DNA from: Candidatus Eremiobacteria bacterium
GTDB lineage: Bacteria > Vulcanimicrobiota > Vulcanimicrobiia > Vulcanimicrobiales > Vulcanimicrobiaceae
Direction of reading: 5' to 3'
Assembly: GCA_963737065.1 (NCBI GenBank)
Contig: CAVTRC010000001.1
Location: 1,920,001-1,984,000 of the forward strand
Length of the DNA: 64,000 bases
The translations under genes and the position numbers were made by a program. Below are positions 10,358-18,752 of the stretch, in pieces. Each line of letters begins with the position of its first letter. The stretch's first letter is position 1. The notes beneath the pieces were generated by a model. It saw only the letters and a list, made by a program, of their open reading frames with translations, was not told where the DNA came from and searched no databases.

Positions 10358-11086
10358 ATGGGAACGACTCTCGGCGAGAAGCGAGACGCGCTCGGCGTGA
10401 TTTCACGCGCCTTTTCCGATGCGGCGCCTCAAGACATTTTACGATATGCGATCGACGCGCATCCGCGCGTTGCGCTCGCGTGCTCGTTCGGTGGACCGTC
10501 GGGGATGGTGCTGCTTCATATGGCGACGCAGCTCGAACGCGTTGTGGACGTGTACTATCTCGATACGGGATTGCTCTTTCCGCAAACCTACGCGCTCATC
10601 GATGCCGTCCGAAAGCGATATGCGATCGAGCCGCTCGCCGTGCGCCCTTCGCGGTCGGTAGAGCAACAAGCGCAATCGCACGGAGCCGCGCTCTGGCAAC
10701 GCAATCCCGACGCCTGCTGTAGCTTACGCAAAGTCGAACCGCAGCAGGCGTTTCTGTCGCGATACGATGCGTGGATTACCGGCATCCGACGCGATCAGGC
10801 GCAAACGCGTGCGGCAACGCAGCCGATCGTCTGGGACGAAAAGTTTGGTCTCGTAAAAGTGAGCCCGCTTGCGAATTGGGACGAGGGCATGGTATGGGCG
10901 TACATCCGCGCGCACGACGTGCCATACAACGACCTCTACGACTACGGCTACACGAGCATCGGATGTGCGCCGTGCACGCGCGCGATCGCTCCGCACGAGG
11001 ATCCGCGCGCGGGCCGTTGGCCGGGCAACGCCAAAGTGGAGTGCGGTCTTCACGCGCCCCTCACTGACGGGAGGCATGTCGGATGA
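10358..11086 (+). CDS. cysH: APS/PAPS reductase, 4Fe-4S (APS-type)
   Basis: SFG, LDTG, CC..RKVEP, SIGCAPCT, RAGRW, ECGLH. Confidence 0.95.
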   Translation: MGTTLGEKRDALGVISRAFSDAAPQDILRYAIDAHPRVALACSFGGPSGMVLLHMATQLERVVDVYYLDTGLLFPQTYALIDAVRKRYAIEPLAVRPSRSVEQQAQSHGAALWQRNPDACCSLRKVEPQQAFLSRYDAWITGIRRDQAQTRAATQPIVWDEKFGLVKVSPLANWDEGMVWAYIRAHDVPYNDLYDYGYTSIGCAPCTRAIAPHEDPRAGRWPGNAKVECGLHAPLTDGRHVG

Positions 11087-12804
11087 ACGAAGACCTCGTG
11101 ACGCTCGGCGCCGGTGAAGGCAGCAAAAACGAAGCGATCAAAATCGAAAGCGCGCATTTGCGCGGGACTATCGCGCAAACGATTGCTTCCGATGCGACGC
11201 ATTTCGAAGAAGTCGACGTGCAACTGCTGAAATTCCACGGAAGCTATCAACAAGAAGATCGCGACCGCCGGCGCGAGCGCAAAGAAGCCGGTGCAGAGAA
11301 GGCCTACCAATTCATGGTTCGCTCGCGCATCCCGGGCGGCGCCCTCAACGCCGAGCAATACCTCGCGCACGACGCAATTGCGCACGCGTACGCAAACGGG
11401 TCGATTCGACTGACGACCCGGCAGGGTATCCAGCTCCACGGCGTGCTGATGCACGAGCTGCGTCCGGCGATCAAGGCGATCAACGACTCGTTACTCTCAA
11501 CGCTCGCCGCGTGCGGCGATGTCAATCGAAACGTGATGGCGTGCGCAGCTCCCGCTCGCGACGCCGCGCACGTCGCCGTCTTGGAGTACGCGCGCCGCAT
11601 CGCGATGCATCTCGCTCCGCGCACGCGCGCATATCATGAAATCTGGCTCGAGGGCGAGAAGCTCGAGCTGCAGCACGGTGCCGTCGCAGAGGAGCCGATT
11701 TACGGCGATACGTACTTGCCGCGGAAATTCAAGATCGGCGTCACGATGCCGGACGATAACTGTATCGACGTGTATACGCAAGATATCGGGCTCGTCGCTG
11801 AATTCGACGCACGGGACGGCGTGGCGGGATTCACGGTTCTGATCGGCGGCGGCATGGGTTCCACGCACGGAAAGAGCGAGACATTTCCCCGGCTCGCGAC
11901 GCCGCTCTGCTTTATTCCCGCGGAAGACGCCATAGAAGTCGCCGAAACGATCGTGACGATTCACCGGGACTACGGCGATCGCAAGAATCGACGGCACGCG
12001 CGCATGAAATACGTCGTCGAAGAACGCGGCATCGAATGGTTCCGCGAGCAACTCGAACAGCGCTTGGGGCGGCGCGTTGCCGATCCGCACGATGTGCGCT
12101 TTAGCGCGGCACACGATCATCTCGGATGGCAGCGCCAGCTCGATGCTTCGTGGTCGCTCGGGCTCTTCATCGAAAACGGGCGCATCGTCGACAGCGCCCG
12201 GAGCATGCTGCGCACCGCACTGCGGGAGGTCGTTACCATGCTGCGCCCCGGGTTGCGCATTACGCCCCAGCAGAACCTTATCCTGACCGGCATCCCGGCC
12301 AAGGCGCGCAGACACGTCGAGGCCATGCTCAGACATTACGGCGTTGTTGCCGATGCCGAGGACGTGGGATTGCGACGCGGAGCCATGGCGTGTCCGGCAC
12401 TTCCGACGTGCGGGCTCGCCGTCGCGGAGGCCGAACGCGCGTTGCCGGCGCTCGTGGACCGCGTGGAACGCGACTTGACCGCGCTCGGGCTCGCGGAGGA
12501 ACCGGTCAGCATTCGGATGACCGGTTGCCCGAACGGTTGCGCGCGCCCGCGCATGGGCGACATCGGCATCGTCGGGCGCTCTCTCGGGCTCTACGACATC
12601 TTCCTCGGCGGCGATGCGCCGAACACGCGACTGAATGAACTCTACGCGCAGGGCGTCGCATCCGATGCTATCGTCTCCGTGCTACATGACGCGTTTGAGT
12701 TGTGGAAGCACGAACGCCTACCCGGAGAACGATTCGGCGATTTCGCGCACCGTTTTGGCGTGGGGCGGCTGCGCGAAGCGGCGAAGGCATTACGATCTGC
12801 GTGA
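11083..12804 (+). CDS. cysI: Siroheme sulfite reductase hemoprotein (CysI/Sir)
   Basis: KFHGSYQQ, LTTRQ, ACGDVNRN, YLPRKFK, CPALPTC, TGCPNGC. Confidence 0.93.
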   Translation: MNEDLVTLGAGEGSKNEAIKIESAHLRGTIAQTIASDATHFEEVDVQLLKFHGSYQQEDRDRRRERKEAGAEKAYQFMVRSRIPGGALNAEQYLAHDAIAHAYANGSIRLTTRQGIQLHGVLMHELRPAIKAINDSLLSTLAACGDVNRNVMACAAPARDAAHVAVLEYARRIAMHLAPRTRAYHEIWLEGEKLELQHGAVAEEPIYGDTYLPRKFKIGVTMPDDNCIDVYTQDIGLVAEFDARDGVAGFTVLIGGGMGSTHGKSETFPRLATPLCFIPAEDAIEVAETIVTIHRDYGDRKNRRHARMKYVVEERGIEWFREQLEQRLGRRVADPHDVRFSAAHDHLGWQRQLDASWSLGLFIENGRIVDSARSMLRTALREVVTMLRPGLRITPQQNLILTGIPAKARRHVEAMLRHYGVVADAEDVGLRRGAMACPALPTCGLAVAEAERALPALVDRVERDLTALGLAEEPVSIRMTGCPNGCARPRMGDIGIVGRSLGLYDIFLGGDAPNTRLNELYAQGVASDAIVSVLHDAFELWKHERLPGERFGDFAHRFGVGRLREAAKALRSA

Positions 12805-13562
12805 CTGCCGAACTCGTCGTCATCGGCTTTTTTGTCGGAGTGCTCGTCGGGCTAACCGGCGTGGGCGGCGGCAGCATCATGACGCCCGTTCTCGTCGTGC
12901 TAGGAGTCAATCCACTCGTGGCGGTCGGAACCGACTTGCTCTATAGCGTTCCGACGAAACTCTACGGCGCGTACCTTCATGGACGCCAAGGCACGATCGA
13001 CCGGCGGATCGTTTTGCTGCTGCTCTGCGGCGGCGTCCCGGCTGCCATCGCCGGCACCGCGTTCGTTTTGTGGTCGCGCCAGCATGTCGACATCGCAATG
13101 ATCGAATCATGGACGCGACGCGCGATCGGCGCGTCTCTGATGCTTGCGGCAGCGCTAATGCTTGCGCGTCCGCTGATCGCACGCGGTTTGCCGCCGCCAC
13201 CGCCGGCCGCGATACCGGGGTGGCGGATCGCAGCGATCGGCGCTGCCGTCGGTTTTATCGTCACGCTGACGTCGATCGGCAGCGGATCGCTGACGCTCCC
13301 GCTGCTCTCGATGGCCCTGCCGTCGATCGGACTCGCGCGCCTCGTCGGTTCGGACATTGCGTTCGCGGCTCTGCTTATTCCGACGGCGGCCGTCGGACGC
13401 TGGTCGATGGGCGACGTGAACCTCGGCATCGCGATCGCGCTGCTTACCGGATCGCTGCCCGGCATTTTCGTCGGAACGAAATTGTGCGCACGCTTGCAGA
13501 CCCGCTGGCTGCGTCCCGCCGTTGCGCTCACCCTTGTTTTCGTCGGCTCACGTCTAATCTAG
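12801..13562 (+). CDS. TauE/SafE sulfite exporter family membrane protein
   Basis: GLTGVGGGSIMTP, AVGTDL, TSIGSGS; GTG overlaps the upstream stop (GTGA). Confidence 0.9.
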   Translation: MTAELVVIGFFVGVLVGLTGVGGGSIMTPVLVVLGVNPLVAVGTDLLYSVPTKLYGAYLHGRQGTIDRRIVLLLLCGGVPAAIAGTAFVLWSRQHVDIAMIESWTRRAIGASLMLAAALMLARPLIARGLPPPPPAAIPGWRIAAIGAAVGFIVTLTSIGSGSLTLPLLSMALPSIGLARLVGSDIAFAALLIPTAAVGRWSMGDVNLGIAIALLTGSLPGIFVGTKLCARLQTRWLRPAVALTLVFVGSRLI

Positions 13563-13678
13563 GGTCAGTTCACGACGGCGTCGCTGTCATTACTGCAGCG
13601 TGGTTTGGTCACACCTCCGACGTGCTCGCTGGCATCGCAGTCATGGCTCACGGGAGAAGAATATGGGCCGTTCTCGTT

Positions 13679-13737
13679 ACTTACATGTACAGGCACGTAC
13701 GTACACTGTATTGACATGTAAGTCACTGTAGTACAAT
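13679..13737 (+). promoter_or_regulatory. Palindromic operator and promoter of the TA module
   Basis: ACTTACATGT (13679-13688) / ACATGTAAGT (13714-13723) inverted repeat overlapping TTGACA (13711-13716); TACAAT at 13732-13737, spacer only 15 nt. Confidence 0.55.
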
Positions 13738-13776
13738 AGGCGTCGAAGCCGAACGACCCGGAGACTGCGAGTCGCT

Positions 13777-14060
13777 ATGGTGCTCGGACCCCAGCGTAAA
13801 ACAGGAGAGATTTAATGCTCGCCTGTCTGAAGAACAGAAAGCAGATACTTCAACGAGCGGCTGACCTTCAGGGCATGTCTTTGTCGGATTTTGTCCTAAG
13901 CTCGGCGCATGATGAAGCACTTCGGATTATCGAAGCGCATGAAATTATACGCCTTTCTAAGCGCGACAGCGAGGCGTTTTTGCAGGCTCTTGAATCCCCG
14001 CCTGCTGCAAGTAGACATGTGATCGAGCGATTTGCTAAGGCGGGGAAGCAACGCGCGTAA
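13777..14060 (+). CDS. DUF1778 (TacA/AtaR-like) RHH antitoxin; N-terminus frameshifted in A-runs
   Basis: KQERFNARLSEEQK in one frame continues as QILQRAADLQGMSLSDFVLSSA...IRLSKRDSEAFLQALESPP. Confidence 0.82.
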
Positions 14061-14554
14061 GTGATCGAAGGCATAGCCTTTCAGCCGCTCGCGAAGTATC
14101 ACGACCGAGCGGCTTTTACTCGTTCCGGACAAGAGTGCGCGATTCTTCAGGAATATTTGAGGAACGATGCGCGCGGGCCCCGGGAACACCGAAAACACGT
14201 AACCGCTCTGCATGTGATGGTGCAAGAATCGGCACCATCGCTTATTTGTGCCTACTTTACGCTCTCTAGCGCGAGTCTAAGAATTGAAGAATTGCGCAAA
14301 AATATTGTGAAGGGGTTGCCGACGTATCGCATGATGCCGGCTTTAAAACTCGGGCGCATGGCTGTTGACGATCGTTTTCGTGCGCACGACCTTGGCACCG
14401 TACTTATACAGGAGGCGTTCAAGATCGCGGTTCGATTAAAGGATGCCGTTGGCTTTGTTGCTATGCTCGCGGACGCGAAGACTGACAACCTAGTCAACTA
14501 CTATCGCTTTTCATCATGCAGCCCACGATGGAGCAGATACTAAGCGCGTCGTAA
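14061..14554 (+). pseudogene. GNAT acetyltransferase toxin (TacT/AtaT-like), C-terminus disrupted
   Basis: HDRAAF, PALKLGRMAVDDRF..DLG, ADAK..YY; the expected GF motif is missing and a plausible terminus LFIMQPTMEQILSAS* is in another frame. Confidence 0.7.
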
Positions 14555-14783
14555 AAACCGTTGCTGCTAAACCGCGGCAGGGCAAGATCGGCCTAAACGT
14601 TGAGCTGTTGCATCGTATGCAACCGCTTCGGACGCACGAGATTCGTGCGGACAAGGGTACAAATGACGCCGAAGTTGCTGGATGCTTGAAAAATCTATAT
14701 GGGACAAGCTGAGGGCGATTAGCCGGCGTCCGGAAGCAGAGTTTCAACGCAAACGTTGCAGTTTACCGCGAAATTCAAAGCGG

Positions 14784-16220
14784 CTATTGCGCCGTATTTT
14801 CTGCGACCCGTACAATACGCGTTGCCATCTGCGAGAAAATCCACTCGTGGAAGATCGCGACGCTATACCAATACAAGTAGCCGTAGAGTCCCCGCGGCTC
14901 AAAAAACGCAGTCTGCTTTAATTCAGTGCCGCCGTTGCCATCGGGGCTTGCTTCAAATTCCAGCCATGCGCTGCCGGGTAGTCGCATTTCGGCGCGCAAT
15001 CGCAGAATATGACCCGGCTCGTATGCGTCGACGCGCCAGAAATCGACCGCATCTCCCACACGCAGCTCGGTAGGTGAGCGGCGACCGCGGCGCAATCCGA
15101 CACCGCCGCTCCAGCGGTCGAGCAATCCGCGCAATTCCCATAGCGCTCGCCCCGCAAGCCACCCGCGCTTACCGCCGAGCGCGCTAAACACTGCAGCCAC
15201 CCGTTCGGGCGGAGCTGCAGTTTTGCGGGTACGCCGGTCGATCAGCATACCTTCCTTGACGCCCATGAATTCGCCTGACATCTTTCGCACGTCGAACGCG
15301 TCGAACCACGTCGTCTCCGGGCCCGCGGCCGAATAACGGCTCAATGCAAGGCGAATCGCCTCTTCGAGAGGCATCGGAACGATCTCCGGAAAATCGCGTG
15401 CGGCGTTGTGATCGTGCACGACCACTTCGTTATGCAAGCCGAGAATCAACGGTTGCGCGATCTTCGCGGGAATCGGCGTGACCAGATGAATCCAATACGA
15501 GGACAGGCGTGCGGTCAACACGGGTACGACGACGATGCGCCGTTTCAATGCGCGTATTCGGGCATACATCATCATCATATCGCGGTACGATAACACGTCG
15601 CTGCCGCCGATTTCGTAGGTTTGCCCGCTGCTCTGGGGCCGATCCAGGGCGTTGGTCAGATACGCGAGCACGTCGTCGATACCGATCGGCTGACATTTCG
15701 TCATCACCCATTTTGGCGCGACCATCACGGGCAAACGTTCGGTGAGATAACGGACCATTTCAAAACTGACGGAACCGCTGCCGACAATTTGCGCCGCACG
15801 AAATTCTGTTACGGCTACGCCGCTCTCGCGTAACACATCGCCGACCTCGTGACGGCTTTGCAAATGTTTGGAAAGCGACGCGGTGTCTTCGCCGAGTCCG
15901 CCGAGATAAATAATACGGCGAGGGCCGGCGGCGGCACATGCCTTTCCGAACGTTCGCGCGGCATCTCGATCGGCATCCACGAATTTGCGCGTCTCGCTCA
16001 TGGAATGGACCAGGTAATACGCGCATTCCACCCCGCCGAGCGCAGGCGCGAGCGTCGACGCATCGTTGACATCGCCTTCGAAGAGTTGCGCGCCGTTGAA
16101 GCGTCCCGCAAGCCGCCGCGCATCGCGCGCCAGGCAACGAACGTCATATCCGCGTTCGATGAGTCGCGGCACGAGCCGTCCGCCGATATACCCCGTAGCT
16201 CCGGTTACAAGCACGCGCAT
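14784..16220 (-). CDS. SDR/NAD(P)-binding oxidoreductase with DUF2867 (YbjT-like)
   Basis: VTGATGYIG, YYLVHSM, HLQSRHEVG, C-terminal DFWRV..LRAEMRLPG. Confidence 0.9.
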   Translation of the reverse strand: MRVLVTGATGYIGGRLVPRLIERGYDVRCLARDARRLAGRFNGAQLFEGDVNDASTLAPALGGVECAYYLVHSMSETRKFVDADRDAARTFGKACAAAGPRRIIYLGGLGEDTASLSKHLQSRHEVGDVLRESGVAVTEFRAAQIVGSGSVSFEMVRYLTERLPVMVAPKWVMTKCQPIGIDDVLAYLTNALDRPQSSGQTYEIGGSDVLSYRDMMMMYARIRALKRRIVVVPVLTARLSSYWIHLVTPIPAKIAQPLILGLHNEVVVHDHNAARDFPEIVPMPLEEAIRLALSRYSAAGPETTWFDAFDVRKMSGEFMGVKEGMLIDRRTRKTAAPPERVAAVFSALGGKRGWLAGRALWELRGLLDRWSGGVGLRRGRRSPTELRVGDAVDFWRVDAYEPGHILRLRAEMRLPGSAWLEFEASPDGNGGTELKQTAFFEPRGLYGYLYWYSVAIFHEWIFSQMATRIVRVAENTAQ

Positions 16221-16299
16221 ACGTGCCTCGTACCCGCGGTGCGCAAAAACGCGCGCTACGCGGCGAACCTTGAAGACCTGACGAAGCTAAGGCCGTGCT

Positions 16300-16901
16300 T
16301 CAGCTACGTTGCGAGCAGGACCGATGAATTAGGAAAGAGCTCTTCCGCGAAGCATCCGCGCTTAGCAGCACCGCGGATCATTTTTTCCCGAACTATCTCA
16401 CGTAGCGTCAGCTCTACGCCTTTCAGCGCTCTCCAAATCCGGTAGATCGTCGTCGCCATTTTCAGCCTGCCAGGCTCCGAACGTAGTCACGAACCAAAGA
16501 GCTCGTTATGCCCCCATCATCTACGAGTCCAAGTCCTCCCAATATACCAAGATGCGAATTAAACGCATCCGTTGCAGGAAAACCATTTATTGCTACTTGG
16601 TGAAGCGCGTGGGGTCTAAGTGGCGACTTGTTGCGTCGGTAGATTATGCATCGGTTGATGATTTCTGTAATCAGTTTGCAGAACTGGGCGCGACGCTCGT
16701 CAAGTGTGTGCCGCAATAGCATTGCAATGGCCGAGCTTTTCGATCCGCCAGTCCAGAACTGGCTAACGCTGACTGCGGCAGCAGCGCCGGGGAATGAGAT
16801 ACGCTGATCAGCATGTGGGTGCGGTGTTCCGGGTAGGAGATCGTAGATTCGTCCGCTAGCGACGCGATTGCTTGAACCTCCCTTGCCGTAAGCGCCATCA
16901 T
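16300..16901 (-). pseudogene. Low-GC degraded gene fragments, possibly a defence/restriction-endonuclease N-terminus fused to an unrelated remnant
   Basis: With one frameshift reads MALTAREVQAIASLADE-YDLLPGTPHPHADQRISFPG...FWTGGSK...FCKLITEIINRCIIYRRNK, then breaks; family call is from recollection only. Confidence 0.35.
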
Positions 16902-16915
16902 GTCAACTTTCGTGA

Positions 16916-17152
16916 TTACGCGCGAGATAGCTCCCGAACTTCAATCACGATTTCGCCCTCTTTGCCATGGCGCTGCACGATTTCGACGTCGATCCCAAGG
17001 CGTGCAAGGATGTTCAGCAGCCTGTCGGTGGAGTAGCGCGAACCGCGGCCGTGCTGAATCCTCGAAATGTCGGATTGGTCGAGACCAGTGACTTCCACCG
17101 CGTCCTTTTGCGTAAATCCTCTTCGCTTCATCGCAGCGTTGATGACGTTCAT
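16916..17152 (-). CDS. XRE-family HTH antitoxin (HigA-like), probably N-terminally truncated
   Basis: GFTQKDAVEVTGLDQSDISRI...YSTDRLLNILARLGIDVEI. Confidence 0.75.
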   Translation of the reverse strand: MNVINAAMKRRGFTQKDAVEVTGLDQSDISRIQHGRGSRYSTDRLLNILARLGIDVEIVQRHGKEGEIVIEVRELSRA

Positions 17153-17398
17153 CAGCCGTGCTTCTGAAAAGCGTGCAGCGCGTAAACCGTATCGTCGAGC
17201 TCGATGGTGTACGCACAGCGAAACGGTGCTGTCTCTTCGGTCGTTGTGCGCTCGTATCTCAACCAGGTCGCGCAGGTCGCCGTGCAGCGCGAGATCGAGG
17301 GCGTAGCCGATGTCATCTTGGACCTCCTCCGGCATTGCCTTCAGGTTTCTCTTCGAGGATCCGATCCATGCGATTGGTTTCTGACGCTGCCTTGTCAC
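17152..17398 (-). pseudogene. RelE/ParE (HigB/Gp49-like) toxin remnant
   Basis: KPIAWIGSSKRNLKAMPEEVQDDIGYALD, then after a frameshift FRCAYTIELDDTVYALHAFQK; internal segment and C-terminus appear deleted. Confidence 0.75.
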
Positions 17399-17557
17399 CC
17401 ATGGCAATTTGCCATGGAGTCAGCTCGTTCAACCGCCTGCCGCAGCGCGGGTGGTCGGTCAGGCTGCTCCGCCGACGGCGCACTTCGGCTCCGGACAACG
17501 GTCAAGGTCCGCTGAAGGTGTAGTGCTAAGGGGATCAGTTATATAAAATAAGCTCAC

Positions 17558-17630
17558 GGGCGATTAGCTCAGCTGGGAGAGCGCCTCCCTTACAAGGAGG
17601 ATGTCGGCGGTTCGAGCCCGTCATCGCCCA
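17558..17630 (+). tRNA. tRNA-Val(TAC), CCA not encoded
   Basis: GGGCGAT/ATCGCCC acceptor stem, D-arm AGCTCAG, anticodon stem CCTCC-CTTACAA-GGAGG, GGTTCGAGCCC T-arm. Confidence 0.97.
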
Positions 17631-17734
17631 TTTGCCCCGAGCTTCCGCCTGTGGACTTCGTTGACCGCATGCTTCGTGGACCGTAGTCCACTTCGCAGGC
17701 GGTCGCCTCGCCACAGGCGGAAGCTCGGGGCAAA
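17631..17734. repeat. 104-nt nested palindrome with 24-bp perfect terminal inverted repeat
   Basis: TTTGCCCCGAGCTTCCGCCTGTGG / CCACAGGCGGAAGCTCGGGGCAAA enclosing GACCGC..GTGGAC-CGTA-GTCCAC..GCGGTC. Confidence 0.85.
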
Positions 17735-17769
17735 ATCGACTTTGGGTGGCGACGTGTGCGAGGTGAGTT

Positions 17770-18543
17770 GTGAAGTTGATGAATGTGTCGGTTGAGCGGG
17801 TTGGGGCGACGGCGATTGTTACGATGCGGCGGCCCGAGAAGCGGAACGCGCTTTCCTTAGAGATGATGCGCGAACTGGAGGAAACGCTTGCGCAGCTCGA
17901 CCGCGATAGAGATGCGCGCGTCGTTATCATTGCGGGTGATGGGCCGGCGTTTTCGGCCGGTCACGACTTGCGCGAGTTGTGCGGCGCTGAACCGACTGAA
18001 TATGAAGATATTTTTGAGCAGTGCGTGCGGTTGATGACGCGCGTGCAGGCGATCCGGCAGCCGGTGATCGCGGAAATCAATGCGGTCGCTACGGCGGCGG
18101 GATGTCAGTTGGTCGCGACATGCGATTTGGCGATTGCGTCGACCGATGCGCGGTTTGCAACGCCCGGCGTGCGGATTGGGCTCTTTTGTAGTACGCCGAT
18201 GGTCGCGCTCTCGCGGTCGATCGGGCAAAAGCGCGCGATGGAGATGCTCTTGACCGGTGCGATGATCGACGCGAGAACGGCGCTGGAGTGGGGGCTCGTG
18301 AATCGCGTCGTGCCGCCCGAGGATCTGCGCGAAGCCACCCTGACGCTCGCTGAAAAAATCGCTGAGGCGAGCGGCGAGATCGTCGGCATTGGGAAGAGCG
18401 CGTTCTATCGCCAGATCGACCTGGATCAGGCGGCGGCGTACGCGTATACGAAAGGCGTAATGGTCCAAAATGCCCAGTTGGCGAACGCGCAAGAAGGCAT
18501 CAGCGCGTTCCTCGAAAAGCGCGCTCCGACGTGGATTGGTTAA
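17770..18543 (+). CDS. Enoyl-CoA hydratase/isomerase family protein
   Basis: KRNALS, FSAGHDL, AAGCQLVATCDL, FATPGVRIGLFC. Confidence 0.93.
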   Translation: MKLMNVSVERVGATAIVTMRRPEKRNALSLEMMRELEETLAQLDRDRDARVVIIAGDGPAFSAGHDLRELCGAEPTEYEDIFEQCVRLMTRVQAIRQPVIAEINAVATAAGCQLVATCDLAIASTDARFATPGVRIGLFCSTPMVALSRSIGQKRAMEMLLTGAMIDARTALEWGLVNRVVPPEDLREATLTLAEKIAEASGEIVGIGKSAFYRQIDLDQAAAYAYTKGVMVQNAQLANAQEGISAFLEKRAPTWIG

Positions 18544-18604
18544 CGGCCGTGTAAAAAATCCGCTTGCTTGCTGTCGCGGAAGGTGGCACTCTGCTAGGCT
18601 AGAA

Positions 18605-18747
18605 CCATCGAGTGACACCGGCGCAGCATGAGAACGTGGGCGCTTCGCTGCGGAAGATACGGTAACACAGACGTCGCCCACACCCGGTATGCGGGAAACC
18701 GCATACGCGACGGCATACAGGCTCGCTACGCGAGCCTGTATGTTTTT
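18605..18747 (+). ncRNA. Unassigned structured leader RNA or sRNA ending in an intrinsic terminator
   Basis: Extended -10 TGCTAGGCT at 18592-18600; several helices; GNRA hairpin; 13-bp terminator stem plus T5. Confidence 0.55.
18714..18747 (+). terminator. Intrinsic terminator 5 nt upstream of the DUF5693 start codon
   Basis: CATACAGGCTCGC-TAC-GCGAGCCTGTATG-TTTTT. Confidence 0.85.
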
Positions 18748-18752
18748 CTGGA

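Noticed and set aside
17558..17630. tRNA-Val as the attachment site of an intact prophage or ICE
   Set aside because: No integrase and no duplicated tRNA 3' end noticed in the window
18579..18593. GGTGGCAC as a T-box for ileS or a sigma-54 site
   Set aside because: No room for Stem I, it lies upstream of the likely -10, and there is no TTGC at sigma-54 spacing
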